NCBI RefSeq assembly: GCF_003704095.1
Contig: NW_020844827.1
Coordinates: forward strand, 124,001-188,000
DNA: 64,000 bases
Reading direction: 5' to 3'
From: Pocillopora damicornis
Lineage: Eukaryota
This document shows positions 36,801 to 49,488 of the stretch, one piece after another. The notes beneath the pieces were generated by a model, which saw nothing but the letters and a program-made list of their open reading frames with translations, did no database searches and was not told the origin of the DNA. The translations under genes were made by a program, and so were the position numbers. Position 1 is the first letter of the stretch. Every line of letters begins with the position of its first letter.

Positions 36801-39800
36801 CTGACAAAGTCTTTGTGACAGATTTGGAACTAGAAAATAAATTGTTCAACAAAATACTGTGAGCTTTCTTAAAAGGAGACCTCCCTGACATAGAAAAGAA
36901 TATGGAACTAAACTTTGGCAGATCAATGTCACTAACCAAGAAACTGTGTACTTACCCCTCCCCTAACATTAACCCTGACTTGTTATCAGGTGGTTGTTGT
37001 TGGGCCAGGGGAGGTATAGGTGTGCAGTTCCTCACACACTGAAACTGATCTATTAACATTTGCAATTTAAACTGTGATGTGAAAATTTATTTCCAGCTAC
37101 CTTTTTCAAGGATTAAGGGCTTGTTGTAAAATTCCTCTGGTAATGTTTCCACTTCTTCTACAGCTTCACTTGGATTTTTTAAATTAACTTCTTCATCCAT
37201 GATATCTTTCCTATAAGCAAAATGGTGTGCAGTCACTTTACTATGCTATTGTTTTGATTGCAAGGAAAAGGCCTAAGGGCTCCACAAAATATCCATAAGA
37301 AGGGAAGGGAGGGGGCTTGCATCAGCCCATGGACCAGTCTACCCAAGGGGGGAAGGGGTTGCATGATCTGATGGCTCATCTATCCAAGGTGGTGAGGACA
37401 GGGGTTGCATTAGCTCATGAACCAATGTATCTGAGTGAAGGAGAGGGTTGCATTAGTTAATGAATCAATTTTTTTGAGGGGGAGGAGAGGGGTTGCACTG
37501 ACTCAAAGAGCAATCTATCCAAAGGGGAGAGAGGTCATATTTGCCCATGGACCAATTTATCAGAGGGGGAAGAGAGGGTTGCATTAGCTCAGGGAGCTAT
37601 CTGTGGGGTGTCCTACAACTCCTGTCAATTGTTGGAGTCTATGGACTGGGGATCAGTCTTCTGGGTCATCCTCCAAGATAGTAAATATTTTGTTATCCTG
37701 GCGGGTGACCCCAAAGACTGATCCCAGTCCATAGACTTCAAAAATTGACTGGAGTTACCCTCCAGGATGGCAAAATATTCACTCAAGAACAGACAAAAAA
37801 CTTACCCTTTTGGACTGAAACTAGCAGTAAGATAGGAAAGGCTGCTTTTGCGTCTTGTTAGTGATGACAAGCCAAACTTATCCTTAAAAAAAAAAAGATT
37901 TAAAGAACATTGCCACTTGGAAAAATAACAATGACTTGCCTCTAAATTACAAAACCAAGGTTGGTATTGTAATGGCTGATAAGTTCTCTTTAATTAGTAA
38001 TGTCTTGGAAAAATAACNNNNNNNNNNNNNNNNNNNNNNNNNNNNNNNNNNNNNNNNNNNNNNNNNNNNNNNNNNNNNNNNNNNNNNNNNNNNNNNNNNN
38101 NNNNNNNNNNNNNNNNNCTGCTACTTGTCTTCAGCAAAATAAATCTATCTGTTCATGTACAAGCTGGTTACTCACCGATAAATGCATGAAATTACGTCGT
38201 TTGGTCAATTTCTTTTTCTCCCTTTCCACTTTCTCTTTCTGCGCAAGTTGTCTATAATATTCCACCAGGACATTAACCTGAAAGTCAGCCAAAAAAATAT
38301 GAGAGAAAAATGAAAACAGAACAACATGCTACCCTGTTAAGTGAACAACACTCTTACACTTCCAAGATATCATTAGTAATCCTCCTTACTGTCTGTCACA
38401 CAATTCTCTTCGTTTTATCATCGAGAATACAATATCAGGGAGGCAAGTGGTGAGAATAAAGATAAATATCAATTAAGGGATTATTTGTTGATCCAATAAC
38501 AAATTCTCAAGACCAGCAATATGAGAATTATATGGCAGACAGTGAGGAGAATTACTAATGCGATATTAAGAGTGAGAGGATTAGGATAGAGTGTACAAAC
38601 AGAGCTTCTGTTTTGTCCAAGACTAGTGACTGGTTACTGCTAAAATCTGATTAAAACCACTTCACCTTGCAAACTATAGGCATTAGCGAGAGGTGTCACT
38701 TACTATATCATGATTAATAACAGTCAAAGTCAACCAATATTTATTTGAATTAGTAATTTGAATAAGTACCCTTTTAGTAGCAGGACTCTCCTGTTCTTGC
38801 CACGCACCACTTGCTGGAAAATGAAAAAGGGAAAGTAAATTTGGCGTCAGAAGAAAGAACTTAGCAAATTATTCAACAGAAACTGTAATGCTGTAGCAAC
38901 AGATAAGTGAAAAAACTTATTTAATCCTCAGTGTTCAGTAAACAATACAGATTTACTGCCCCAGGGAATATTATAGAGCTTAACTTTCAATGGTTAGAAT
39001 TTCAGTTAATAAACTTGACATCACTATGTATATTCTCCATACAGCTCATCATATATTTCCTTAGGTGCTGGTAAGGAGAATTTGTTAAAAAACCAAGAGC
39101 TTTTTTAGCTGGTGATCATTTCTCTTATTCTCAGGACCTTAAGAAGTGATTCAGGGGTGAAATTGTAGGGAGAAATTAGATGCTAGTCACTCTTAGGGTT
39201 CAAAGTGTTANNNNNNNNNNNNNNNNNNNNNNNNNNNNNNNNNNNNNNNNNNNNNNNNNNAAAAAAAAAAAATGGTTGCTATACATGCATGACGCCATGA
39301 TCTGTTCAACTGATGGTAACTTAAACTCACCAACACTTTTATCTTCAATGCCAACATCTCTGGATGACCAGCGACAGAAGCCACAGGCTAAGTAATACAC
39401 TTTCTTAGCTTGCATGGCTTTGGCATCATCACCTCCCTTCTCAGCCTGTATGGCCACTGCTGTTGCTCGTGTTGAAAGTGTGTTACCACAGCTTGGGCAG
39501 TCAAAACAATTGGCACATCTGTAATTTACAGAAGGTAATAATAATAATCAAAGTGATAAGATTTCCACTTATGTCCAGAAATGCATGTAGCAATGAAAAT
39601 GGCAGATTTGACAAATTTTTGTCAAATGGAGTGAATGTTCATGTAATGTTTGATGATTTTGGCGAATTTTAGTCAAATAAGCTTGGCAGATTTGACAATT
39701 TTGACGAATTTTCGCCATTTGCGTTACTGCATGCATTTCTGGACATACCGAGATTTCTGCACAACCCCATACTATTGTAAAACAAAGCCTAAGTCACAAA

Positions 39801-40480
39801 TGGACTTTAATGTTTTCTTGTACATGATCTGTACGTAGAATGAGGCATGGGGCTGTGCGGAAATCTTAGCATTAAATTGTTTAATTATTCAGTATGGGAA
39901 AGTTGGCCACTACGCTGGTTTCAAAGTTCTTCATCTCGACTTCAAGGTGATCTGATTTGGTTGAGTTATCATTCCATTCGTTACTTGAAATACTTGCTTC
40001 TGATCACTAATCGAGAAGTACATCGTGATAAAATACTTGGTCCAATATTCCATGATGATCACAAAATTTGCGACATCCCTTCAATAATATCGTATTGTAC
40101 CATAAGTTCTATCAACAGCTACGTATACATCAACAGAACGAACTTTTCATATTTAAAAAACGCTTCCCCCTTTAATTACCGTACAATTTACCTGTTCTTC
40201 TTAACTTTCGCTTCTGCTGAAGGCATATTTTCCAGACAGTTCGGACAATAATACGAATCCACCTAAAAAATGCAGAGGGTCAGCCACGTTTACTATTCAG
40301 CTGTTTTTTACGTGAGTTCTAATATATAATCCAGGATTGGGTTTTCGTTGGAAGTTACCTCATGAGAAACACACAGAGGACATCTCAGCTTAATACAGTG
40401 TCGGCAGAAGTACAAACGAGCCGCCGGAGATAAGGCAGAACATGAACAAGTCAACAAGACCCGTACGCCGTCACCTTCGA
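33846..40480 (-). CDS. DCTN4: Dynactin subunit 4 (p62); 5' end and some internal exons lost in N gaps
   Basis: Exons (minus) 40480-40359, 40262-40192, 39518-39331, 38813-38770, 38277-38176, 37882-37806, 37210-37101, 36829-36775, 36647-36593, 36511-36438, 35560-35506, 35061-~34983, 34299-34221, 33983-33846. Peptides [101 protein letters not shown] and [10 protein letters not shown] match dynactin p62. Confidence 0.95.
35660..35925 (-). mobile_element. tRNA-derived SINE
   Basis: Minus strand reads gttagtgcacttgactccga...gtccaggttcgagccctggctggggtcattgtgttgtgttcttaggcaagacact, the same family as the 10341 copy. Confidence 0.7.
37305..37605. repeat. Degenerate ~44-bp minisatellite, ~7 copies
   Basis: Recurring gggttgcattagctcatggaccaatctatccaagggg-like unit in a DCTN4 intron. 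Confidence 0.8.
37616..37757. repeat. ~140-bp foldback hairpin
   Basis: aactcctgtcaattgttggagtctatggactggggatcagtctt... is the reverse complement of ...aagactgatcccagtccatagacttcaaaaattgactggagtt with few mismatches. Confidence 0.85.
39570..39747. mobile_element. MITE with ~24-bp terminal inverted repeats
   Basis: tatgtccagaaatgcatgtagcaa ... ttactgcatgcatttctggacata, with internal short repeats (ggcagatttgacaa). Confidence 0.75.
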
Positions 40481-40580
40481 NNNNNNNNNNNNNNNNNNNN
40501 NNNNNNNNNNNNNNNNNNNNNNNNNNNNNNNNNNNNNNNNNNNNNNNNNNNNNNNNNNNNNNNNNNNNNNNNNNNNNNNN

Positions 40581-41550
40581 CACTTATTTCTCTCACATTA
40601 CCTGTCCAACTGGATACCTTTTTAACCAAGTATGCCATATCTGTTGCTGGACCAGCCACAGTCAAGCCAATCTTTGAATATTTAGACAGCAGAGTGTGAA
40701 ACTGGTTCAAACTCAACCAGTGCGAACCAAAGCAGCTTGATGCAAAATCTAAGGCACCTGTAAGTTTGTTTATGACTTGATGTGCTAGTTTCCTCCTTTG
40801 TTCGGAATCCTGAGAATCGTCGGACTCATCACAGCGTCTGTTAGATAACTGGTCATACTCAGCTGATGAAACCCAGCTTTTTTTCACATTGTTGTAAAAA
40901 CGCCATTCATCTGCATGATGCGAGTACGACAATGGAATCTCCTTGGCAATATGTCCTCTAACTAGGACGTAATCTGCAAATCCTGCAGAATGTAGGATGC
41001 AGTCCAAGTCAAACATATTCTTCTTAAGAACCAAGAAAGAATCTTCAATTGTCTTTGAGTCACACGTTATATCTTTATCTGCTGCAAGTTGCCCAATGTG
41101 CTCATTAGGATCCCAATTCAACCAGCATTTTGCAGACTCATCAAAGAATCTTCCATGCGCGTTCTTGTGCGCTAACCCGAGGTTAACACGACGCCCAGCA
41201 CAAACGATATACAACGGACACAAGGAAAGTCCAAGACTCTTCAATACCTTTCTTCCCACTCTTGCAAGGAAATTATCGTTTATTTTAGATTGATAGCTTC
41301 TCAGCAAAGCCGCTGCATAGTTATCAGGGTCAGGCATATCGATAAAAAGAACATGTGTACAGAGAACAAGGTTTAGTGACTTAATGATGGCGACCACAGA
41401 TGAAAAGACCAAAATTAAAACCAAAGTGACCCAGATGGTGTTAATCTCAAATTCCACTGGTTGACGAGTTACGAACAATACAAATGCTACGATCGCACCG
41501 CCAAGCAAAATGACAGGTTTCTGCAGTTGGTTTAGTGGAGAAGACGACAT
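40581..41550 (-). CDS. Intronless nucleoside-hydrolase-like protein with two N-terminal transmembrane segments (3' end lost in gap)
   Basis: Open for 323 codons up to the N gap. Hydrophobic segments VILLGGAIVAFVLFV and IWVTLVLILVFSSVVAII. Acidic motif VLFIDMPDPDNYAAAL and LTVAGPATDMA resemble the DxDxxxDD and GPxT motifs of IU-nucleoside hydrolases. Confidence 0.55.
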
Positions 41551-41659
41551 GAATGATGTATATACAGCTAAACTGAGTTTCCTGTAAGCTAATTCATCAA
41601 ATTTTAGCCCAATAGCTTAGAAATCTTTCCCGAAAACAAATCCCTGATAGCTCAGACCG

Positions 41660-41740
41660 CAACTTCCGCTCTCGGCCTCCAATGTAAGCACATTCCCACA
41701 GTGCATAGTAAGAAATTTCAAAACAAACATGGCGACTGGA
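41660..41740. promoter_or_regulatory. Probable bidirectional promoter between the NH-like and EF-hand genes
   Basis: Divergent ATGs at 41550(-) and 41859(+). ETS-like acttccgc at ~41662 and YY1-like aaacatggcg at ~41725. Confidence 0.4.
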
Positions 41741-41858
41741 CTTCTATAAAATTTGCATGAAACTCAAATCAGCTGGGAATGATGTGTGATGGAACGCCAC
41801 CTTTTGTGAAACAATACCAGAAATAATTTTCAACAGCTTTCAAAAATACCTTCTTCAA

Positions 41859-44743
41859 ATGTTCAAGTTTCTGCGGGGGCAGAAAAAGCAACAAAACACT
41901 GAGAATGCAGGCATCCCTGATCCACCCGCGCCAGACACGATAAATTATGAGAACGCAGAGTCTGGTCTTGAGGAGGTGTTAAAGCCTTTATTTCTACACG
42001 AAGAGCCGATATCCCCAGAGGAGTTTGCAAGTAAGTGCAATATAGTTGAACTGATTCTTTTGCCTTTTTGCGGGCGCTAAAAATTGCGCGGAGAGACATT
42101 CTTATCTAATTTCATTTACCAGCTCCTAAAATGAGCTTTTTCCGACGACTGTCAAATCTATCAAAGAGAGATTCTAGATCAAACTTCAAAACAATTAATT
42201 CTACGCCTCCACCGAAAACTACAAGTCCGATTGAAGAAGAAAAGCGTGATATCGGATCAAATGAAGAGGATTCTATATATACAGCGAGATTAGATGATGA
42301 AGAAAGCTCTAATGACGCTGTGCCACGAATGACTTCTTGCTTTGGAAGTGAGATCGGGACAGGTAGATCGCTGCAACACTTCGCTATATTGTCAGGAGTC
42401 TTAATATGTAGCTGTTATGTATCTTTCAGCGGTGATCAACTGGTCCCAAGATCTGATTGTTAATTCTCCCTTCTAGCTCCTGCACATGTCTCATTACCTT
42501 AAAACTGAACTTGAAACTAGAAAAGTAACCATTTAATATCACTAAGTTTACCAACTTTCTTAAATTTCAAAGTGCTTGTGGCAGAAGCTGAGCGACTTTG
42601 GGCCAGATTTCAGCAGCTTGGACCCAATGATGAACAAACTTTACCAAATGAGGCGTTTCAACAGCATCTTTTTACATCAGATCCATTTGCAAGACAGGTG
42701 ACAATTTTCATAACATACTTTATGATTGTTTGATTATGACCGATAGCTACATTTAACTGTTGAAAACTATAGCATTTCTGAACTAAATGGAACAATAGAG
42801 ATAAACAAATAAGTTATACAAAGTGATCAGCATGAAACCTCTCCTTATAATATTCATACATTAACCAGCAAACAGGTAATGAGAATACTCAAACATATCA
42901 GGTAGAGGTTTTTATCCTGATCTAACATCAAATTCTCATAATTAATTTACAAGGAAATGTGTAGCAGCTAGAGGGGAGAATTAATAATGAGATCTTGGGA
43001 GTTAAAGGGTTAGTAGAAGGGTTGCTTTTTGAAGCTAGTAGGTGGTGGAAAATTCTGAGATATTTTCTTGACAATTTGCATCATAGATTTTGAGAACTTT
43101 TCCAAGAGATGAGAATGGAAGTGTGAACTTCCATGCATTTGTTGGTGTGTTCAACTGGTGGAAAACTGCTCCATTGGACAAGAAACTAGCAGGTATTTAT
43201 AAGACTGGACAAGTTATAACTGAAGAATGTCAGCAAAAACAGGTATTAATCCTGATTATTAATTCACCCCTCCAGCTGCTGCACATATTCTTGTAAATTA
43301 GTTACAAGGATTTGTTGTAAAATCTGGATAACAACTTAAACTGATAACTTTGAGGATTCTCATTACCTGTTTGATGCATTATGTATTGATATCAAAGGGA
43401 GAAGTTACATTTTAATCAATTCTGAGAGTTAAAGGATCAACAACAAGTTATCTTTGGTAGTTTTTGTCTTGCTGTATCCTGAAATAAAAATGTCTTGCCT
43501 TAGGGGTTGGGTGAAGCTTAAGGCAGGCTGTATTTCAATAAATATTCCGAGAGAGACGTTTTAAATTTTATTGTTGTGATGTCAAGAACTAAGAAGAAAA
43601 AGTTGAATATTATACAACATATTTTTGGATAATTTTAAGGAAAATTAACAGTGAATTTGGCCCCCAACATCTCCTCTATTCAAGCATCCTTTGTATTTAC
43701 TATTTAATCCTTATGAATGCTGAAACTAAGAATTCACTTGTTTCTGTATCACTGGTTTAGGGATTTTTAAATTGCTGAACAAATCACAACCTTTGGATGT
43801 CCCTGTGTTACAACAGATCTTGATGTCACTTGATAGCAGCATTGATGAAGTAAGAACAAATATGTTTACAATTTGTGATTGTTAATAATAAAATTAAACC
43901 AGTAGTGCAGGTGTAATTTTGGCAGACGAGTGCTCAGTATAATCTTGGTGAAAAATTACAGCTGCCATCTTTGATTTATACAACAGCAAAAGACTGGGAA
44001 GAGAAAGGAATTGGTACTAAGGGGGTGAGCAACAGTCAAAAATGGGAGGGGAAAGGGTGGGGTCTTTTTGTCTTCCTCCACCCCCCTCCCCTCATCTTCC
44101 ACTCTAACTATAAATCAAACATGACCAGTGGATAAATGAATACGATTTTTGTACATTACTGGCCCCAATGAGATGCCTGCACTACAGGCTAGATCAAGTT
44201 ATTTTTGTGTTTTTCATGGATCAAGATAAAGGTAAGATCTAGGAATTTGCAAAGAAAACAGAATCAAATTAATATATTATTTGATAAGATAGAGGCAGAG
44301 GCTAGCAGTTATTCAATAACCTCTTTGCTCCTAAGATCCAAAATGTAATTCTCCTAACTGACTGCCATAAATGCCCTTACAAATTAGACAAGAGAATTAA
44401 GTGTTCCATCATGATAACCCCCCCTGAGCTGATAGAGTGGCATGTTTTTATAATCTGTTTGTAAGACAAGACAGGTACTCACCTCTAGGAGCGAAACAAT
44501 TGTTATCTATGAGATCAAAGAAAGCACTCCAGAGCTTGCCCGGTAGAACACAGAATTTGTCATGTCTTACATGCTTGCGAATCAGCCAACAATAAATAAT
44601 AATTTTACTTTATTTATGAGGGGTCAAAGTCTTTGCATAAAGCATCTCATATATCAAAGTAAATTTAAAAATGTTGTTTGTTCAGGAAACTGCCAAGTCA
44701 AGAGCAGAGCTTCTTGTTAAGACACTAGATGACAAAGATCAGG
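41859..44743 (+). CDS. Calcineurin B / CHP-like EF-hand protein (3' end in gap)
   Basis: Exons 41859-42030, 42123-42362, 42573-42697, 43087-43192, 43761-43849, 44686-44743, all phase-consistent. AERLWARFQQLGPNDEQTL...FTSDPFARQILRTFPRDENGSVNFHAFV...KKLAGIFKLL...LVKTLDDKDQG resembles CHP/CNB with degenerate EF hands. Confidence 0.7.
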
Positions 44744-45407
44744 GTAAGATGCCTGTGATGTTAATTTATGNNNNNNNNNNNNNNNNNNNNNNNNNNNNNN
44801 NNNNNNNNNNNNNNNNNNNNNNNNNNNNNNNNNNNNNNNNNNNNNNNNNNNNNNNNNNNNNNNNNNNNNNAACACAATAAGATATATTTATTGAGTATAC
44901 CATGGCTCAGTTATTTATGGTGGCATGTGTGTAATATGTAAAATGACCTTTATTAAAAGGAAAACTTTTTAGATAGAAGTAAACTTAAAAAATACAAGAG
45001 ACTGTTTCTCAACTGTTATACATTAGAAAATAACTGACATATTATGAACACCCTGTTGATCAACAGCGTACCACTTATTGCACTGGTAAACCCATAAAAA
45101 ATTAAAACATACCGTGTTTTGTTTTAGGGTTATTTTATAGAAGTGATTGGTTGGGTTCAACAGTTAACCCTTTCACTCCTAAGATTTTATCAGTAATTAT
45201 CCTTACAGTTTGTTATATAATTGTTATAATGTAAGTTTGGAGAATTTGGTATTGAATTAAGTAATAATCCCCTAATTGATTTGATATTGAATTGATATTT
45301 TTCTTTATTCTCATGACTTGTTGGCTTGATATTCTAGTGATATTATTAGGAGAAATTCTGTCTTAATCACTCACGAGAATTGTAAAAAGTCAGGGCTGTA
45401 AATTAAA

Positions 45408-48400
45408 TCATTCAGATTTTTTCTCACGTCTGACTCGTATAAAAGCTTGATAATAAAAATTACCAAACAAACCCAGCATGCTGAGGCCATAGAAAATACT
45501 ATAAACACAGAAACCATGATGAGCATAGCCAAAAGAAGAGTGTACAATACCAACGACAAATTGAACCATTTGAAGTTGTGTCATTGTCTTCTTCCACTGC
45601 GGCCTCTGGGTGGGGTTCAGTGCCGCTTGGCCATAGTAAAGATAAAGAAATACATGTACAAAGGAGTTCATCCCTAACATAACCCCAATTGCTGGCCAGG
45701 GGGTGAAATGGCAGGCATAGTCACTCAGGAGTAAGATTGATGCATGATGGTACACCTAACATGAAGGAAATAAAAAGTATGCAGATGTAATATTTGCTAA
45801 ATTGGGGAACTTAGATATTTTCGGAGTCAACTCATTGCAAATAGCTAAATTTATGTTTTATTATCATAATCAACCATTGCCACTGATGTTTCTCAGCTTG
45901 TTCCCTGCAGACAAGCAAGTACACAGTTATGATACAAGAATAGCTAATTACTATCGACCACATAACTGTCGTACTAATCTAAAACAATTTACAGTACTAT
46001 ACCAAGGTCCTAAAATTTGGAATTCTCTCCCAATATTGATGACTGGTTTGACTAGTTTTTTTACTTTTAAAAGAAAGATGATTTATTTTTCATTGAAATG
46101 AGTCCCAATTGGCCAAGCCACATATCCACATCCCCTATAAACCTGGTGGTTTCTTGGAGGTCTCCTTGCCCTTCCATACTGTTGAACCTGTACATTAAAT
46201 ATTATATCTTAAGTGAAAAAAAAGATTAGATTACACCAGGCACATGAAAACCTATACAGAGCTGGTACCACAAAATTTTAATGAGGAGGGGTGAGGTCTA
46301 ATCTTTGATTTAGAGGACACACCCATGTCTGATGGGAAGGGGGTTGGATGCCTCAACCCTCTCCATAAATCTGCCTATCACCCTAACATCAGTAAGCATA
46401 TTATTTGTACTGTTCTCTACAAATTTCCAATCCTTAAAGGATTTAATTAAACAGACTTACATGTAAAAAGGTGATTTGTCTTTGGCGATGCCTAAGAATC
46501 ATGAACACTGTGTCCAACAGCTCCAAGTGTTTGGTGAATAAGTAAATGGTAAAGGCATGTTTGACATCTGCGTCATGTTCCATAGCAAAAACATATAACA
46601 AACCACCCTGATAGTATGCCTTGACTATAACAGCGAAAGAATACAGGCTCAGAGCACTGCACAAGAAGTTGTATGCCACTAAAACCTATCAAGAAAACAT
46701 GTCATAATTTATTAGAAGATACAGTAAAGGGTTTGAACACAGGAGTAACATTTGATCATGTACTTTGCAAGAATACATGATCAAATGTATCATGAGAGAG
46801 GTGAATCAAATGCATTGTGGGAGAAGTCCTAGGAAAGATTGTTGTCTATGGTTGTGACTGATCATTTGAAAACCTCAGTGGAAGTCATTGTCAGAGTCAA
46901 GTAANNNNNNNNNNNNNNNNNNNNNNNNNNNNNNNNNNNNNNNNNNNNNNNNNNNNNNNNNNNNNNNNNNNNNNNNNNNNNNNNNNNNNNNNNNNNNNNN
47001 NNNNNNNNNNNNNNNNNNNNNNNNNNNNNNNNNNNNNNNNNNNNNNNNNNNNNNNNNNNNNNNNNNNNNNNNNNNNNNNNNNNNNNNNNNNNNNNNNNNN
47101 NNNNNNNNNNNNNNNNNNNNNNNNNNNNNNNNNNNNNNNNNNNNNNNNNNNNNNNNNNNNNNNNNNNNNNNNNNNNNNNNNNNNNNNNNNNNNNNNNNNN
47201 NNNNNNNNNNNNNNNNNNNNNNNNNNNNNNNNNNNNNNAAAATTCTAAGCAACTGAATTTTGCAATTTCAAAACACATGTAATAAAGTGGTGATTGAACT
47301 TTGTGTTGTTCAAGTTTTGGTTAGAAATCATATTAGCAATTTCAAATCCAACTTGAGCTGTGCACTTGTTTGATTTCAAAATCACTCATATGAGTTCAGA
47401 CTAAATTGCTTCCACTCATTTCACTTACCTTTAGTAAACAATTTATTTCTATACTTTTCTAAAAGCCACATCTTGATTTGACAAATGAATCAGCCAAAAC
47501 TAAAGAGAGGACTAAAAATGGTACATTAAGTACCAAGTCTTGCGCAAAACTTTGGTCTTACATATGATATATTACAGAAGGCATTTGTTCATCTCATAAA
47601 TAGTTTTACCTTATGTAGTCCTAAAGGGGAGGTGTACTTCTTCCACAGTAAAGATGATGGTATAAGTATCAGGTAGATAATTGCCACAGGAAATGACCGC
47701 AATCCCACAACAGCCTTGAAGAAATTTAGATACTTCTCTGCAAAGCAAGAAAATAATGGTCAAATTCTTTATGAGCACAGCACATACAATTCTTAGGATG
47801 TCTGTACTCCAAACTTGGCTTTGGATCAACTATTGATCCCCTCATTGATATTTTTTTTTATTCTCATCACTTTCTGCCTGATTTTGTGAGGATAAATTCA
47901 GTCTTGGTCACTCATTTCAAAGGATTTATCATCATTTGGTAACTAATTAACCCTTAAAACTTTCATAAGTGATTAACATGCAATTCTCCCCAAAATATCA
48001 AAATACTCAAACTTATCAAGTAGAAGTTTTTAACTTGATCTAACACCAAATTCTTGTAACTATCTTACAAGTAATTGTGTAGCAGCCAGAGAGGAGAATT
48101 AATAATCAGATCTTAGAGGGTTAAGTAATTTCACATTGAGTAGGGCATTGTAAGGCTAATGGACAACTAACTGATCTCATAAAGAGAGAGAAGAATCAAT
48201 TTTAAATTGATCTTATAGAAACACTGTCAGATCTTCTCGTTTAGCTTTGGAAATCTTTAATCTGACACAGCCAGTTACTAAATTACATGACCGAACATAG
48301 ACCTTCGACCTTACGAAATGTGCAAATCCTATATGTAAATCTAATTTTTTATTTAGATTTTTCGATGTAGAAGAAAAAAAAGGCGGCTAGACACATATAT

Positions 48401-48470
48401 CTCGGCTTATTTTTTATTTGCGAATGGAAGGGGCTGAATACAACAGTTACCTACCAGCCCGAGACTCCAT
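45408..48470 (-). CDS. ELOVL: ELO/ELOVL fatty-acid elongase (copy A, ~238 aa)
   Basis: Exons 48470-48455, 47737-47610, 46685-46461, 45755-45408. Motifs YN, TKHLELLDTVFMILRHR, FLHVYHH (HxxHH), NSFVHVFLYLYY, TQLQMVQF, LFGNFY and C-terminal KKSE. Confidence 0.92.
45790..46180 (+). mobile_element. 3' fragment of a non-LTR retrotransposon (L2/CR1/Crack-type ORF2 tail plus 3' UTR)
   Basis: ORF 45802-46101: FMFYYHN..LP..F...F.....VHSYDTR...Y...CRTNLKQFTVLYQGPKIWNSLP...SFFTFKRK is the typical post-RT C-terminus. It is antisense within an ELOVL intron. Confidence 0.8.
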
Positions 48471-49488
48471 CTCAAACTGTGGAACTTCAACCTTCTTCGC
48501 CTCCAGCGGTAAAAATAGTGTGTTACATTTACCGCTTGTCCGTTGGAGACAAGGCCTGACAGACCGTCACGCCTAGCGTCACGCAACATCGCATGAGTAG
48601 CGTTTTCAGGAGGGGTCTAGTGGGACAACATAAGTCTTTCTTCTTTCTTTTTTTTTTCTTTTCTTTTTTTTTTCGATACCTGAATTAGTGCCCTTAGCAC
48701 TGAGAGAGGATGTGGTTTCAACTGGACTATGGTTTGTTTTGTTGCATTTGCAGAAGGTATTTTTGTTCTTTGTCTTCGGGCAAAAACACTGATGAGACTC
48801 AAAGCTCACACTCGGGAAAAATTCCCAAAAAACAACTTAGAGATTACAACAAAGATAAGAACGTCTCAAAAAAAAAATATGCGATCTTCAAAATTTCAAA
48901 ATTTTTTTTTATTTTTATCGAGACTTTCCTTTATCAAGCAACAGAGCATTATATTTTATTTGGTTACCAAAATTTTCCAGCGTACCCGCGCGGCTACGAA
49001 GAATGTTGAAAGATTTGCTAACCTACAGTTCTCCCAATTAACGCCTCTAGTCGTTAGTTTTGTCTAAAAGTTTACTAGTGTACTACAATAAAGCTTTTTA
49101 AGGAAGCGAAGCGTGCGTTTACATTCTCTGAGAATAATAATTGTTAGCTACAGCCGAAGGAACTTTAGACGAAAAGTGGAGTGAAGGAAACAGCAGAGAC
49201 ATCAGCTCAACATCAGAGAACACGATGGCTTCGAATTTGATCCCCAAATACAATATTTCGTAATCTTTGATTCACGCGCTCAGAGTTGATCATATGCAAA
49301 TCAGGTCATTCTTTCCCGCTGTACCCAGGGGGCAACTGGATTGAAGATTTAGGTCAAAATTTGCATTTTCACCCTAGTCACGGGCTGTGGATCATACCAC
49401 CCATCTCAGATCACCTCATTTAGCGTGAATCTCTTCGATCTTTCCTGCTGTACCTATCAGCTGTTTTAGCACGGGATAGGTTCGGACC

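Noticed and set aside
40308-41550. Fusion of the NH-like ORF with DCTN4
   Set aside because: The apparent continuity runs through an exactly 100-N gap of unknown true size. The NH-like 3' end and the DCTN4 5' end are simply missing.
34732-47278. ORFs consisting largely of X (34732-35065, 38000-38257, 46862-47278 etc.)
   Set aside because: Artefacts of translating N gaps.
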